A stretch of 64,000 nt of DNA from the NCBI GenBank assembly GCA_976226885.1, contig OZ320313.1, positions 124,062,001 through 124,126,000 of the forward strand, given 5' to 3'. This stretch comes from Iphione sp. A-MEVVRFRX5. Taxonomy: Eukaryota. Under the pieces are notes generated by a model, which did not search any database, was not told the DNA's origin, and worked only from the letters and a program-made list of their open reading frames with translations. Made by a program: the position numbers and the translations under genes. Shown here piece by piece: positions 36,695-49,200 of this stretch. Positions within the stretch are counted from its first letter, which is position 1. Each line of letters opens with the position of its first letter.

Positions 36695-38869
36695 TATTTC
36701 CATGTAGTTCATCTTTCGGTGCATGAAAAAAAAACTAACAGGAAACATTATGGAGGTTAATATTTGTATACATTTTCTTCAGATCAAAATATTCATACGA
36801 AGATAATTAATGAATGACTTTGTTGAATAATTGAAGTTCACTTTAAAGCATCGGGGAATGTCAATTTTATCATTCTTCAAAGTAAATACCTCCAGTAATT
36901 CATCTGTAAATGAGTATTCCTGTTCCCTTCATTTCTACCAAATGTTACCAAATTTTGTTAATTTAAGATGAAATAAATATAACGTGTAAAAAGTAGCTCA
37001 GTGTACGCATAGGCCGGATTCACAAGTAATGCTATCCCACTGACCCTTGGTCAGCCTTCTTTTTGCTGTGCTCTGTCCCATTTATAACAGTTTTGACCCA
37101 GATGGTCAACCTTTTTTTCTATCAAAAATAAGCCTTCTGGTTAACACAAATTCTTGTGGGATAAACTAATTCTGTTGAAAAAGAAGATTTTGAACCCTGA
37201 AAATAAAGGTCAATTATATTCAGATGAGATGAGAGATCAAAGGCAATCAATTGCTCAAGCCATTGCAATGCACTTTCTTCGCCTCAACTTCTGTGTGAGA
37301 GGGGTTTTGCATTGAAACGACACGGACACCATAATTATTTATCTTTGACTGGGACAGTCCCTGTTCAGAGAAATGTGGCATCCATGCAACCACGATAGAA
37401 AAACACATAGAAATCGGTCCTCACTCGCAGGGACCTACTCTCAATATGTGCGTACTTTAGCTGATTCTCTGCATGCAGAAATAAATGGACACTGTCCCAA
37501 TAATTATTCACATTTCAGTTCTATAGAGAGAATATAGGGTATGGCCTAGCAACGAATGAGCAGGTCTGTTAAGCCTTTTGCAGTTTTATATAGCATGAAA
37601 TCCTGACAACATTCTATTAGATACCTTGATCTCTATATAATGAAAAAAAATTCACCCGCAATGCATATGCTATCCTTCATCCTCGAAAAAAAAATTCACC
37701 CCCACAAGTTGAGGGAGTTGCGAGCGCATCAAATCATGCATGGAGATATATATATATACCTCAGGCTTTTTCACTGCTCTTTGTACTGCGTGCTCACTAA
37801 AGAGCACCTTTAACCCTCCACCGACCTCCTCCCCCGCCCCCGTTGAATTTTCCCATCATTATTTACGTTATTGTGCAGAGGAAAACGTCTTGCCATTTGT
37901 TGCTCAACGCTCTCATGTAGCAGAACATTGTTATTGTGCATACCAGAAATGAACCGCCTCGGGTGTACTCATTGTGAATGGTAGGTATAATCAGTACAAA
38001 ATGAATAGGTGTGATTTTTTTGTACCAATGTAGCTGGTCTTTATAAATGTCTTAGTTACTCAAATACTGAAATGTGTAGTTTCTTCAGCTCTTCGTTTCT
38101 AGAACCTTTGACTGGGGAACCGAGAATTGCTACTGTCTGATGCTCCTTTCTTCTGACCATAACATCCGAAGCAAGTGGAAATGATCTATGATACTGAGCT
38201 AGAACTCTAACATCTACACGAGTATTCCTCTTTATGGGCTTTTGAAGCAGCCTTATCTCAATTGTAAATGTAGAGATACAGATGAGATATTGAGGTTTAT
38301 ATACATAAAGACATACATGACTCATGAGCCTCTGCATATTTCTGACGGTGAGGGAACCAGGGCAGTTCTTGGTCTGGCTTTGACTTCATTTTGCTTGTTT
38401 ATGATAAAAAAAAGAACAAAAAGGCAAATGGATCGTTAACGTTTTAATACCCGTATAAATTGTATACATGTCAGTTAGTCTCACAGTTTGGTCAGGTGAC
38501 GAGGAAGTAAAGGTCTGGAGACGGTATGGGGTTTTTGTGTCGGGTTTTGCTCCCTGCACGGTTAAGTACAGACAGCCACTAAAGCGTAGATTCCGCAAAC
38601 CCGAGAAGATCACAGAGTTTTTCCCCTACAGCTTACTTGATATAAGTTAGCAAAACAAAATAAACACGATACAATCTTTTTCATCTCGTATCCCAAGAAA
38701 AAAAACTTAACTGGCAGAATTCGTCTGAATAAATAAACAGAGACCAAAAATGGTAAATGTAGGCGTGAGGAGGGTCATCCTCAGAATCGCACATTATGCT
38801 TCTCCTTTCAGGGTTTTCCTAAGCGTTTTACGCAACAACCCACGAAACGCCGCAAGAAACCAGATACAC

Positions 38870-38965
38870 CATGTTCATCACCATCATCATCAGCATCAAG
38901 CAACATCTATCATCTTCTATATCATCATCTATATCATCATCGTCGTCATCGTCATCATCGTCTTC
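38870..38965. repeat. Degenerate (CAT)n/(CGT)n microsatellite
   Basis: CATCACCATCATCATCAGCATC...ATCATCATCGTCGTCATCGTCATCATCGTC. Confidence 0.8.
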
Positions 38966-40255
38966 ATTCTGACTGCCAATTGTTTACCGGTTAATACTCT
39001 CCACAATAACTTTACTCACATTCATTTATAACATACTTCGATTCGTTTAGACTAAAGTCTTAACATGTTCGTCAGGGGGGAAGGGGGGAAATAAATAACA
39101 TAAATTAGTTGCAATAGATACAAAAATAATACGACTATGTACAGTGTTCTGGAGGGACCGTGCAGCCCCGGCTGGATAGGGAATACATTATGTGGATGGT
39201 TAAGCTGAGCTAGGCCCAGCCACTGTGTTTTCATTGTATTATGCTTGATACTGCGGCACTTCTCTGGAAGCCCGTACGTCTAAAGTGCGCACTGAGGGAA
39301 ACCACCGATGAATATACACATTTATCACGGAATATTGCAGCAAGATTCTCGTTAAAGAGAGGTTCGTTTCGTTTAGTTTCTTCTTCTTCTTCTTCTTCTT
39401 CTTCTTCTCCATCACTGTCTTCTTTACACCATCGTTAATATAACAAGTTTCATTTTGTTTCTCAATCATATATACATATAAAAAGATATGTTAAGGGCAC
39501 AATCGGGTTCCACTATCCCACCTTCCAGTACATCATCCGTAAGGAAATCTAGATCCAATGAGAGTCAGTTGGGATGGACAGAGAGGAAAATTAAGAGAGA
39601 CCACGGACCACATGAGTGGACTAAAACAGTACTTCTGGTGGTCCGAGAACATCAGCAATGTAACCACATGGATGTCCTCATAAACAACCCTTGTTGCTGA
39701 TGTCGAAAGAAATGTCGTCTGGCACTGGACACTTCAATTTTGACGGAGAGGGAGACAAACAGAAGCATATTGTTGCCCCCTAAATACAGAGCTTCCTGAA
39801 GAAGGCAAGGGGACTTGTGTGTATGTTTATACATATATATAGGTCCCTTATCGTTATAGTCCAAGACCTGAACTTCTAAAAGCGGCGAATGACAAAGACA
39901 CACCATGAGCCAGCATGGTCGGCACACTCCACGTTAAGAATTATACCGCTATAATTCACCTTCACATCCTTCCTGACGGCTTTTAAAAATTCCTTATTTG
40001 GCTCCTCCCTCTTATATCCTCGTGTCCTTCCCTCCAATCTTTGGTATGCGGTTTTGTCCATTCAAATGCGATTTTGATATATTTTCTTCTCATGTCTTCT
40101 CATGTCATGTTTCAGTTTCAGTCTTTCCCTGCCAACCCGCCCAAGTTCGGTTCGTTTATGATTTTTTTTAAGACATGCCTCATTCCGACACCCCTTGAAG
40201 CACTTGCTTTGGACAAATTGAGTTACTCCCTCCAAGTCGTCGACAATACCCTGTG

Positions 40256-43200
40256 TTATAGAAGAGTCGTTTTGGAGGTCAACCCCGAATTATTCAGCCT
40301 TTCCGGCTCGGACGAACTGTGTCGTTTGTGTAAAGCACCCTGTAAAGAAGTAAAATATAAACAATATATTCACTTTTGTCGCATCAGGACGGTGATTGCA
40401 TACTGTATGTGTCAAATTAAGGCTTCAAACACTTTAACTAATCGCAGTATGAATAAGAATCAGCGTTCACCGATGAAATACGATTTTACAGAGATATTCT
40501 CACGAATGTTGAATTGTCTCTACCATACATGTACCATGCCTTATGTTCTAACATGCACGAACAGTGAGTAAGTAATGCTTGGTGTAGGCTTTATCAGTGA
40601 TAAAGTAAGATTAACATTAGCACTTCACTTACATTAAATTGGAAATGTTTATTAATATCAGAAAGCGTTGGTCGATCAGAGGGTTCCTGGGCCCAGCATT
40701 GTGCTATCACACTCTGAAAGTAAGAAAAGCAAATATCAAATAACTAATGAAATTTTGTTTAAAAATTAAACAAATTCCATGTACATCCGAGAGAATCGCT
40801 TTGCCTTTGGATGAGGCTGTTACAGAAACTATGAACCCTAAATCATCTTTTCATTATAATTATCCACTCGTGATCATTTCCGAGGATCTTTTATCGTCTA
40901 TAGAGAATCTCGGTACCTTCAAGGAGATATACATTTCAAATATTTACATATACTGTAAATTACCCTTTTAACAGAAAATTCTATGGTGAAACAAATTAGT
41001 TTAACTTTTATTTAATCATAGAATACAGGTATCGTATTTCTTAATACATTTTCAATTCATGATAGCCAGTTAGTACAAATTTAAACGAGGACAGCCTCTG
41101 TGCAGTCGCTGCATACCTTTAGACTGGCACTGTACTTGAGGTGCTTCAAGGAGTGACGGTAGCCGCGACACACCTGCCAGACGAGCACCTCACTGGGCAT
41201 GCGCCGGAATGGAAACTGGCCCGTCATCAACTCAAACATCACCGTCCTATGGAAAAACGGGACAATATTCACCTAAGTCCTATTTGTACATACTGACTAG
41301 CACACTCCAGGACAGTCCAATGCGGGTGAGATACTAGGATATAAATGCGTTTTCTGTAGTCCGTTGCTGTTGTTGTTATTGTCGTCGTTGCAAAGAAACA
41401 CTGAGTGATGTAATGCATCACATGGTTATACTGATGACATTGTGATACTGTTCATGTGTCAAGAACGATGTTGTGCATGTTAGTTTATTTCAGACAAGCC
41501 AAGCAACATCAAATTACATACTATGAGTGTCTGTGGTTAAGTATTGTCCATAATATTACTCAAAAAACACTTACCCAAAAGCGAACACGTCAGTTTCTTT
41601 CGTGTACGGCGCCATTGGAACAAGTCTTGGGGCGACAACGGCGAGCGTCCGTAGCACTTCCGGCGCTACGTATGTCAAATGGCCCTTGGGGACGTACCCA
41701 TAATATGGACTAAAAGAGAGCAAAGAACAATGGTAAAATACTTCCACCGCCTGTAGCTGACAGCGTCTACATTCCTAAGAATAAATACAACGATAAAGTG
41801 TGTTTGAGGAAATTCCACAATGTTCGTGATTATGTTCGGTAGATGTGACCGATAGCGGTGGAGTTTTTTTTCTAATGTGAGAAGGTTTACCTTTTCTGAG
41901 GGCAATACGGTAGTTTTAAAGTGACAGTACACGTACCGTTTGAACTTCTCTTCCGCCATGCTATAATCAACTAGACAAAGCTTCACTTTGGGCTCGAGGT
42001 AAATATTCTTGGAGTTGAGCTTGCTCATGACCACGCCTTTGGCGTGTAGATAGCCCATGCCCTGCGCTATCTGGCGGACGATATGTACACGTTTGTGTAG
42101 GCTCATCTTCTCCTTGGTGATATGCACTTGTTCGTAAAGAGAGGCGCCCCTCCGCACACTGTGGACAGACGGAAATAATTTTCAGTCGTAAATATATTCT
42201 GTTCTGAGTATAAAGGTGACAAGAAATAGCAGACTTTTGATACAAATCCGAACATACGAGCTTGTTTGGTTCTCTGTCTCTCCCCCCCCCCTTCTAGTCA
42301 ATGTCTGTCTGTCTCCATCCATCTGTGTGTGCGTGTTATACACGTGCATCTATATATACAGTGCAGTCGAAAGTATATAATAGACGGACCGAAAAAAAAG
42401 CTTTCTTTTTAAAGATATGAACAATACCCTGTATGAAAGCTTTAGCCAAGTATAATGTTATCAATATTCTGTCAGCTGCATGACTTGACAAGGTGTACAC
42501 CACTGACCTGGTAATAACTGCCAAATGCGGCGGCTCAATGCTTGCCCCCATAAAGAGGGCGACGTTCTCGTGTCTGATCATGCTGAGTTTGGAAACCTCT
42601 TCCCAGAATCGGATCACTTCAGATTCTCGAACGTTGGGGTATGTGTGGATCATCACCTCCCCATGCCACTTGCCCCTATGGAAGAAAATCAGTGGAACAC
42701 TGTAGAGGACACACCTATACGGATAGGTATCCAACCAAGACCACATAGTAAGTGAGAAATGTGTACGGACTCATGGAAACACCATGTGTACATAATATAT
42801 ACATGTATATGTATATGCATGGAAAATTCATGGTCAACACATTTTTATGAACAGGCTGGCATCATTCAACAATGGTCACGATCTTTTAAGTATTTATAAA
42901 ATTGCCAGCTATCTGGTTGATCTTCAAAGTACAGGTAATACATAATATGGATATATTAGATTTAACAGAATTATTTTGGTCTTCGCTTCTCTGAGGGAGA
43001 TTGTGAATGAATAAAACTACATCATTAGAGTATTACACTACAGGTTGGAACATCTTACATCACACATACTGTACATGCAGGAATCGGATTGAGTATTTTA
43101 ATGCAGGTAGAATACATCCCCCTAATTACTACGTTAATATTTAAATACCTACATAGTTATTCATACAAGTATAAGAACTTACTTGTATATTTGCGTTGAA

Positions 43201-46200
43201 CGACCAACTCGTAGGCACTCGCCAAACTCGAGATCTTTCCAGGAGATGCTGAACTCTCGCAGACTCTCCCTCAGTTCGGCCTCCCGTTGCTCCCAACTCT
43301 TAGGTTCATCCGGGTCCCCGAACACGGCGTCCTCCAGCACCTCATCGTCGAAGAGACCGCGGTCAACCTGGTCGGTCACCTCCTCCTCGTCTTCGTCTGT
43401 CAGTGCGGGTAAAAAAAAGGAGGTCTACACTCCATCCAATAATCCTCTCACTTTTTTTACATTTTACTTTCCTTTATCACACATAAAAGTGTACCAATAA
43501 TATATCAGTTGAATTACACGTAATATATCCTACATTCCTTCAGTGTTCCTGTCATTTTTATTGCCCTTTCAAAGTCGAAGTGTATTAACCTAACTAAAGT
43601 TCATTAAAGATATAATTACGGTGCGTATACAATGAATATTTACTTCATTCAACTGCGACTTCTTCGATGGGAAAGATATATTCTAGACAGCTCCGTACTA
43701 TCATTTTCAGTTAAATATGTCCAACACATAAATGATATACATACACTTATTAAAAGCACGTGTATTCTTTCTCGTCTTTGTGAAGCAGTGCAAACAGCTG
43801 GTTATCTTACTCGAAGATTGGGACTTTACTTTAAAATGATTAAGGACATATACTTTTTCTGGCGCACTCTTGATAATGCATATCAGAAGAGATTTCACTT
43901 GTCAATAAGAGTGTCTCTAGTATGCGAGGAGTGCTGATATTGTTGCTTAAAATTGTAGCGACGACGTTTATGATAGAACTGTGATCATCAATCTTATCGT
44001 GTGATGTCCATAACATTTAATACAAAGACCCGTACAGTGCGTGACACATCACAGACCTGTGCTATATAAACAGTGTATTATTGGTAATGTGACAGATGAG
44101 ACATGACACTTACTCACTTAAGCATAGTGCAAGTGTACCCGTACATGTCTATATATGAGGTTTGAGTAAAAAAACTAATCCAGTGATCAATGGTAGTTTT
44201 GGGCGGGATTGTGTCTTAACATTCGTGCAAAACTGTTATAATTTTGACTCAGGTGGTTAGCATATTTGTGTATACACTTCTGCCTTGAATTAAAAAAAGA
44301 TAGTGGGTATGGGTTATAACGATTCATCGGATTTTGACGCAGATGGTCAATTTTCACACAAGTTAAATTCGAACCTTGTTGATATATAAGTTTGTTTGTC
44401 TGTGTGCGCCTTTATCGCTACAGGTGCAGAAATGCCCAGTTTCTCGATGGGGACCCGGATACATCATACCTCTCATCATATCTCGGAGTATGACTTACCG
44501 TCAGCGTACGTCTTGCGGCTACTGGGCGGCCAGGTGGCACACAGGCTACTGCGGTCCCTGGGGTCGGCGTTGGCGGAGATGGACTGGCGCTTGGTCCGCA
44601 GCGGGCAGCTGATGGTAAACGTCAAGTTTGAATGTGGCATAAGGCCCTTGCTGCCCACGCTGAGGAATTGTGTCCGGTGACTCCGGTGGCGGGCCGAGCC
44701 AGTCGCCGCCGTCGCCGCCGTCGTGGCCCCGCCGGTGCCGGCCGCCGCGCTGGCTGGGTTGAAGTAGCCGGTGGATATAGCACTAGGCGGGAAGGAGTCT
44801 GTATTGGAGGCTTGCGCCGGCCAGTCGCCGCTGCAGGTGGTGGAGCTACTCATAATGGTGAGTGAGCTACACGTCGAACTGTAGCTCGCCTGCCGGAATG
44901 AGCCGACGTCGCTCTCCTCGGAGGAGACGGACGTCGTATGTATGCACTGGTTGTGATGGTGGTGATGGTGGTGGTGGCTATGGTGGGGGTGGTGGTGGTG
45001 GTGGCTGTGGTGGTGGGTCACACTAAGCTCATCGTACTGATCCTCGCTCATATTGGGCAGGAGCTGGTAGAGGTCCTGGCTCTTACTGCTTGCCGCCGAG
45101 CTCGAGCGCGACAGGCTGCGGGGGGTGCGAGGCGTCCGTGAGCGGCTCCCGCCGCGCGAGTCGCTCCCACCGCCGCCTGTCCCGCCACCCGGTCGCCTGC
45201 CCGCCCCGCCCGCCGTGTTCACCCAGCGGCAGAGCCGCTCGTATAGACTAGTGAACAGGTTGGAGCTGGCGTCCTTAACGGTCGGGGAGCTCGAGCCCGA
45301 CTCCTTAGCGTTACTAGCGCCGCTGCTCGGATGGTACACGCTACTGAACGATTTAGCGCACTTTGGCGAGGGCGCCGCCGTCGGCGTCGGCGTCGCCGTT
45401 GTTGTCGTCATCGTCGCCGCCGACGCGTGGCGCGTCTTGCTCCTATTTCCGCTAACACCGCCGCCGCTGCTGCCTCGGCCACCGCCGCAGCCAGTGGCGC
45501 CGTCTGTTGGCAACGTATGTGGGGCGGTGTAGGTAATGGTGGACCTGGCCGACAGATGGCAGGGCACCACCACCAGGTTGGAGTTGACCTCGTTGGCCTG
45601 CAGGACTTTCGTCCAGTGTTCCTCTCCTTAAAAAGACACCATCAGACAATAATAATGAGAATGCCAGTTTAGTGCAACATGAGACAAACAGCGCATCAGT
45701 ATTTTCTTCGTACGGAGGAAGTGTTTAGTAACGAATGAAGAATATGGACTAGGTAAATCACACATGCACATGTACATGTACGGTATATGTGTATGCTAAA
45801 TCCCTGAATAGCCCCACTATCATCTGTAAAGACTGCAACTACGGCCCTAGCGACTCTTAATGCTATACGACGTATTTGCATGCCTTAATCGGGCACTGCC
45901 TTTAAGTTCTATGAGCGACTTAAACCACAGTTGTATAGAGCTTTCTTAGTTTAAATATAGACCTGCTTACCCGACAATGATCTGTGACAGCCCCTCGACT
46001 TGCCATGACTGTGACCTGCACATTTTTTGTGACATCTGTATCTGTTAAAAAGAATATAACGAACTGAAAAACAGCTCGAAATAATAGCATAATGCATTCT
46101 ACACATGAGACAGGAAATTATATACCTCTTTAGTTCAACAGAGTACGTCTTGGTTCGTCGTGGGGACCCTACATTTCCCAAAATTCGGATGCACTTTACC

Positions 46201-49200
46201 TGGATTATTCCTTCATAAAGATATTAACATTATGTACATGAATATTATTAAGACGGCTGTCGTTAAACATGCAGCTTCAAACAATATCAAACATCTGTAC
46301 GGGGGAAACACACTTGGTACCTACAGAGACAAACCCGCAGACATATCTACTCACTGAGCTGCACCTATATATGTACTTACATTATAGTGATATGTGTAGG
46401 CGTCAGCTGAATCATATCTATGGAAAGGTATGATTTCAATAACTACCGCCCGGCTGGCACAGAAATATATAAATATACGGATACGGGTCGAAACTGTGGC
46501 CGTTTTATGTCCGAAAACCAGGCAACAACAACCACGTACGCATACGAATAAATGCATATTATGTATATGTATGTACATGTATGTGCAACAACTGTTAATA
46601 GCTCAGTCTCGCCCAGGCTACTTATCCATGAAGATTTCTGCAGGATGCAAAGTGAGTCAGAATTTTTATGATCAAATCATCCATTGCTCCAAAATAAGGG
46701 GGAAGGAGCAAATTACTTATCGCTGGCAAAGAATTTCTTTTCGCTGTTGTGTTGATAATTAGTATTACATTTTTTCTCTCCTTTCGTTCATCAAACTGTG
46801 GCAGAATCAGCTCGGCTGAACTCGCCCCTGGATCAGACAGTTGGTAGATATTGACGTCAGTCCAGGTTGTTCAGTCTGGCTGCAAATACTAAATGTTAAT
46901 TTTATGGTTCAGCGAACTCCATTTGGGAGACAACTACGTCATGAGGTGATCCCTGGATTGTTTTTGGTGACGAGAAAATAGCAGTCACGTTTTAGCCACG
47001 AATGTCAGGAATTTTGGTCCAGTGTTAACTTTCCTTCTTTTGTTTAAAAATTAATTTGTGCGAAACTTTCGCGCGTCAGCATGCGTACACGTTTTTTTTT
47101 GGAGGGAGGAGGATCGACCAAAAGTTTCCGCCTCGCAGTTTGGTTAATGCTTATTTAATACAGATTAAGTCTCCATAAGGAAGGTTCATATGTGGTGTAC
47201 AAGTCAAGAGGAAACACCTGCTTGCGGTCGAATCGTGCTCCCACAGCGAACAGGGAGCACCACGACCGTTCACCTTTGTCATTTTGTTTTTGTTTGTGTG
47301 TGTGTATTAGTTGCGCACTCACGTGTCTATATATGCTTTGTATATGACAGTGTGCTGAATCGTAGAAGACTTTGGAGAGGAGAGATATTAAGACGGACAA
47401 GAATCAGGAAAAGAGGAAGAAGAATACGGAGATAATGACGAGAGAAAAAAGAAAAATAATAGGGAAAATGTAAGAATGAACATATCTAAGAGCACGTGTT
47501 TTTGTTAAACCGGTTACTGTGTAAATGGGAATAAAGAAATAAATATATACTGTATCACATAAATACTGTACTACAAAATGGAAACATACATAAATACTGT
47601 ACTACAAAATGAAACAGTGACTTGAACTTTTAATGTATCACCCTGAGCTAAATGATCAACAAGGACGTCTTTCGGGCCCAGCCTCGGACGCGCTGCAAAA
47701 CCTTCACAATATGGTCATGTCCATTTTTTTGGTCCCGGACGAAAGACCACACACCCCGCTTCGCCACTCATCTACTTACACATCGAGTCCCACGTAACAT
47801 GTGTATGGATTCAACTTTTATCCCGTCTTTCTTGTCGATTTTCAGTTTCTAGGAAACAAAATGTACCCCGAAACAACTGCAGCATGTGTAACACTGTCCA
47901 ACACCCGCCTGCTATTCGCTATTCAATGTAACTGGCTGCTACATTGTCAAGTAGTAAAAGTGTTATTCTCATCACTTTTCTGGGTGCATAGTTGAAAGGG
48001 AGAAGCCAATGTTGGCTGTGGCCTTATTTGTGGTATTCTAAGCAACACAATCGATATGCTCTTAAAATAGCCTCAACAGGCTACAGTCAAATGCCAATCG
48101 GTAAACGGTTACAACGTGAGGGCTGATAATGACTGAGTGGCAGATGCTGTATGTCTCTGCGTGTGCCCGCTCGTGCAGTTCGTGTGTGTCTATATATGTT
48201 GGTGTCTACAGCCCCGTGTATGAGTGTGGATTGCCGTAGAATATCAAACACAGAATATCGAATGTGTATGCATTGCTGCCAACTGTGCGTACCGCGCTTA
48301 CTGTGTCAAAGGGACTGTTCACACTTTGGCCCTAAACATGTTTATCCAATTAATAAGTATGGGCAAATCTTCCTATGTACAAAGGATACAAAAATAGTAC
48401 ACATTGAAATAAAAACGGGCCATCGCTACGACATGAACTTTTATGAATTTTATTAACTTTAATTCGCTAAACTCAACTACATCTCATATGTAACATATGC
48501 CATATAAACCATCTGTTGACGTTTACATATAATACTTTACTACGAGGAGTAGTTTTAGACTGTTTAAGTACATATATGTAAACATGGCATGCTGGAAGGT
48601 AGCAGCAACATAAACACAGGCAAAAAATGAAAAAAAGAGCTTGAGTGGTTATCTCTGCTTAGCAGAACACTCCTCCTGAACTCACCTGCAATGCTTGCAG
48701 CGATATGTCTTGAAGAACATAATCTTCTGGCAGTAGCTACACCGTCGGGGGGCTGACAGACTCCGGGAGAGGCTACAATGTCAGAAAACAAAAAAATTAA
48801 CAAGATACTTATACTGTAACAATGTGATACCACGACAAAGAGGAACCTTTTTTTCGTAAAAATACATGGAGATTAGAGCCAACTTTCAATCCCCGTAACC
48901 CAGGAACTGTTCTATCGTCCATGTATATGTACATGTACTCTCTTTTTTGGACTTAAATGATACTGTCACATTATGCGAAACTATCCCGGATTTATAAAAT
49001 ATCTTTATTTTTGATTGTTTGTGGTTTTTCTTTATTAAAACATGTACTTTTATATATGGAAGCTTACTATAGTGTTCTATAAACATTACTAATACATATT
49101 AATGCATCTTTAATGACCTGTCTAGTAATGCTATTACAACGTACAATGTACATGTGTATGTTTTCCCATCGATCAATGTGGCAAGGCAGTACAGTGAGAA

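Noticed and set aside
38750-39469. ORFs with poly-His/Ile and poly-Lys/Ser tracts
   Set aside because: Produced by (CAT)n and (TTC)n microsatellites in the probable ksr3 3' flank.
42493-43500. + strand ORFs 42493-42705, 42525-42755 and 43183-43500
   Set aside because: Antisense shadows of ksr3 kinase exons.
44376-45672. Several GC-rich + strand ORFs
   Set aside because: Antisense shadows of the large low-complexity ksr3 exon.
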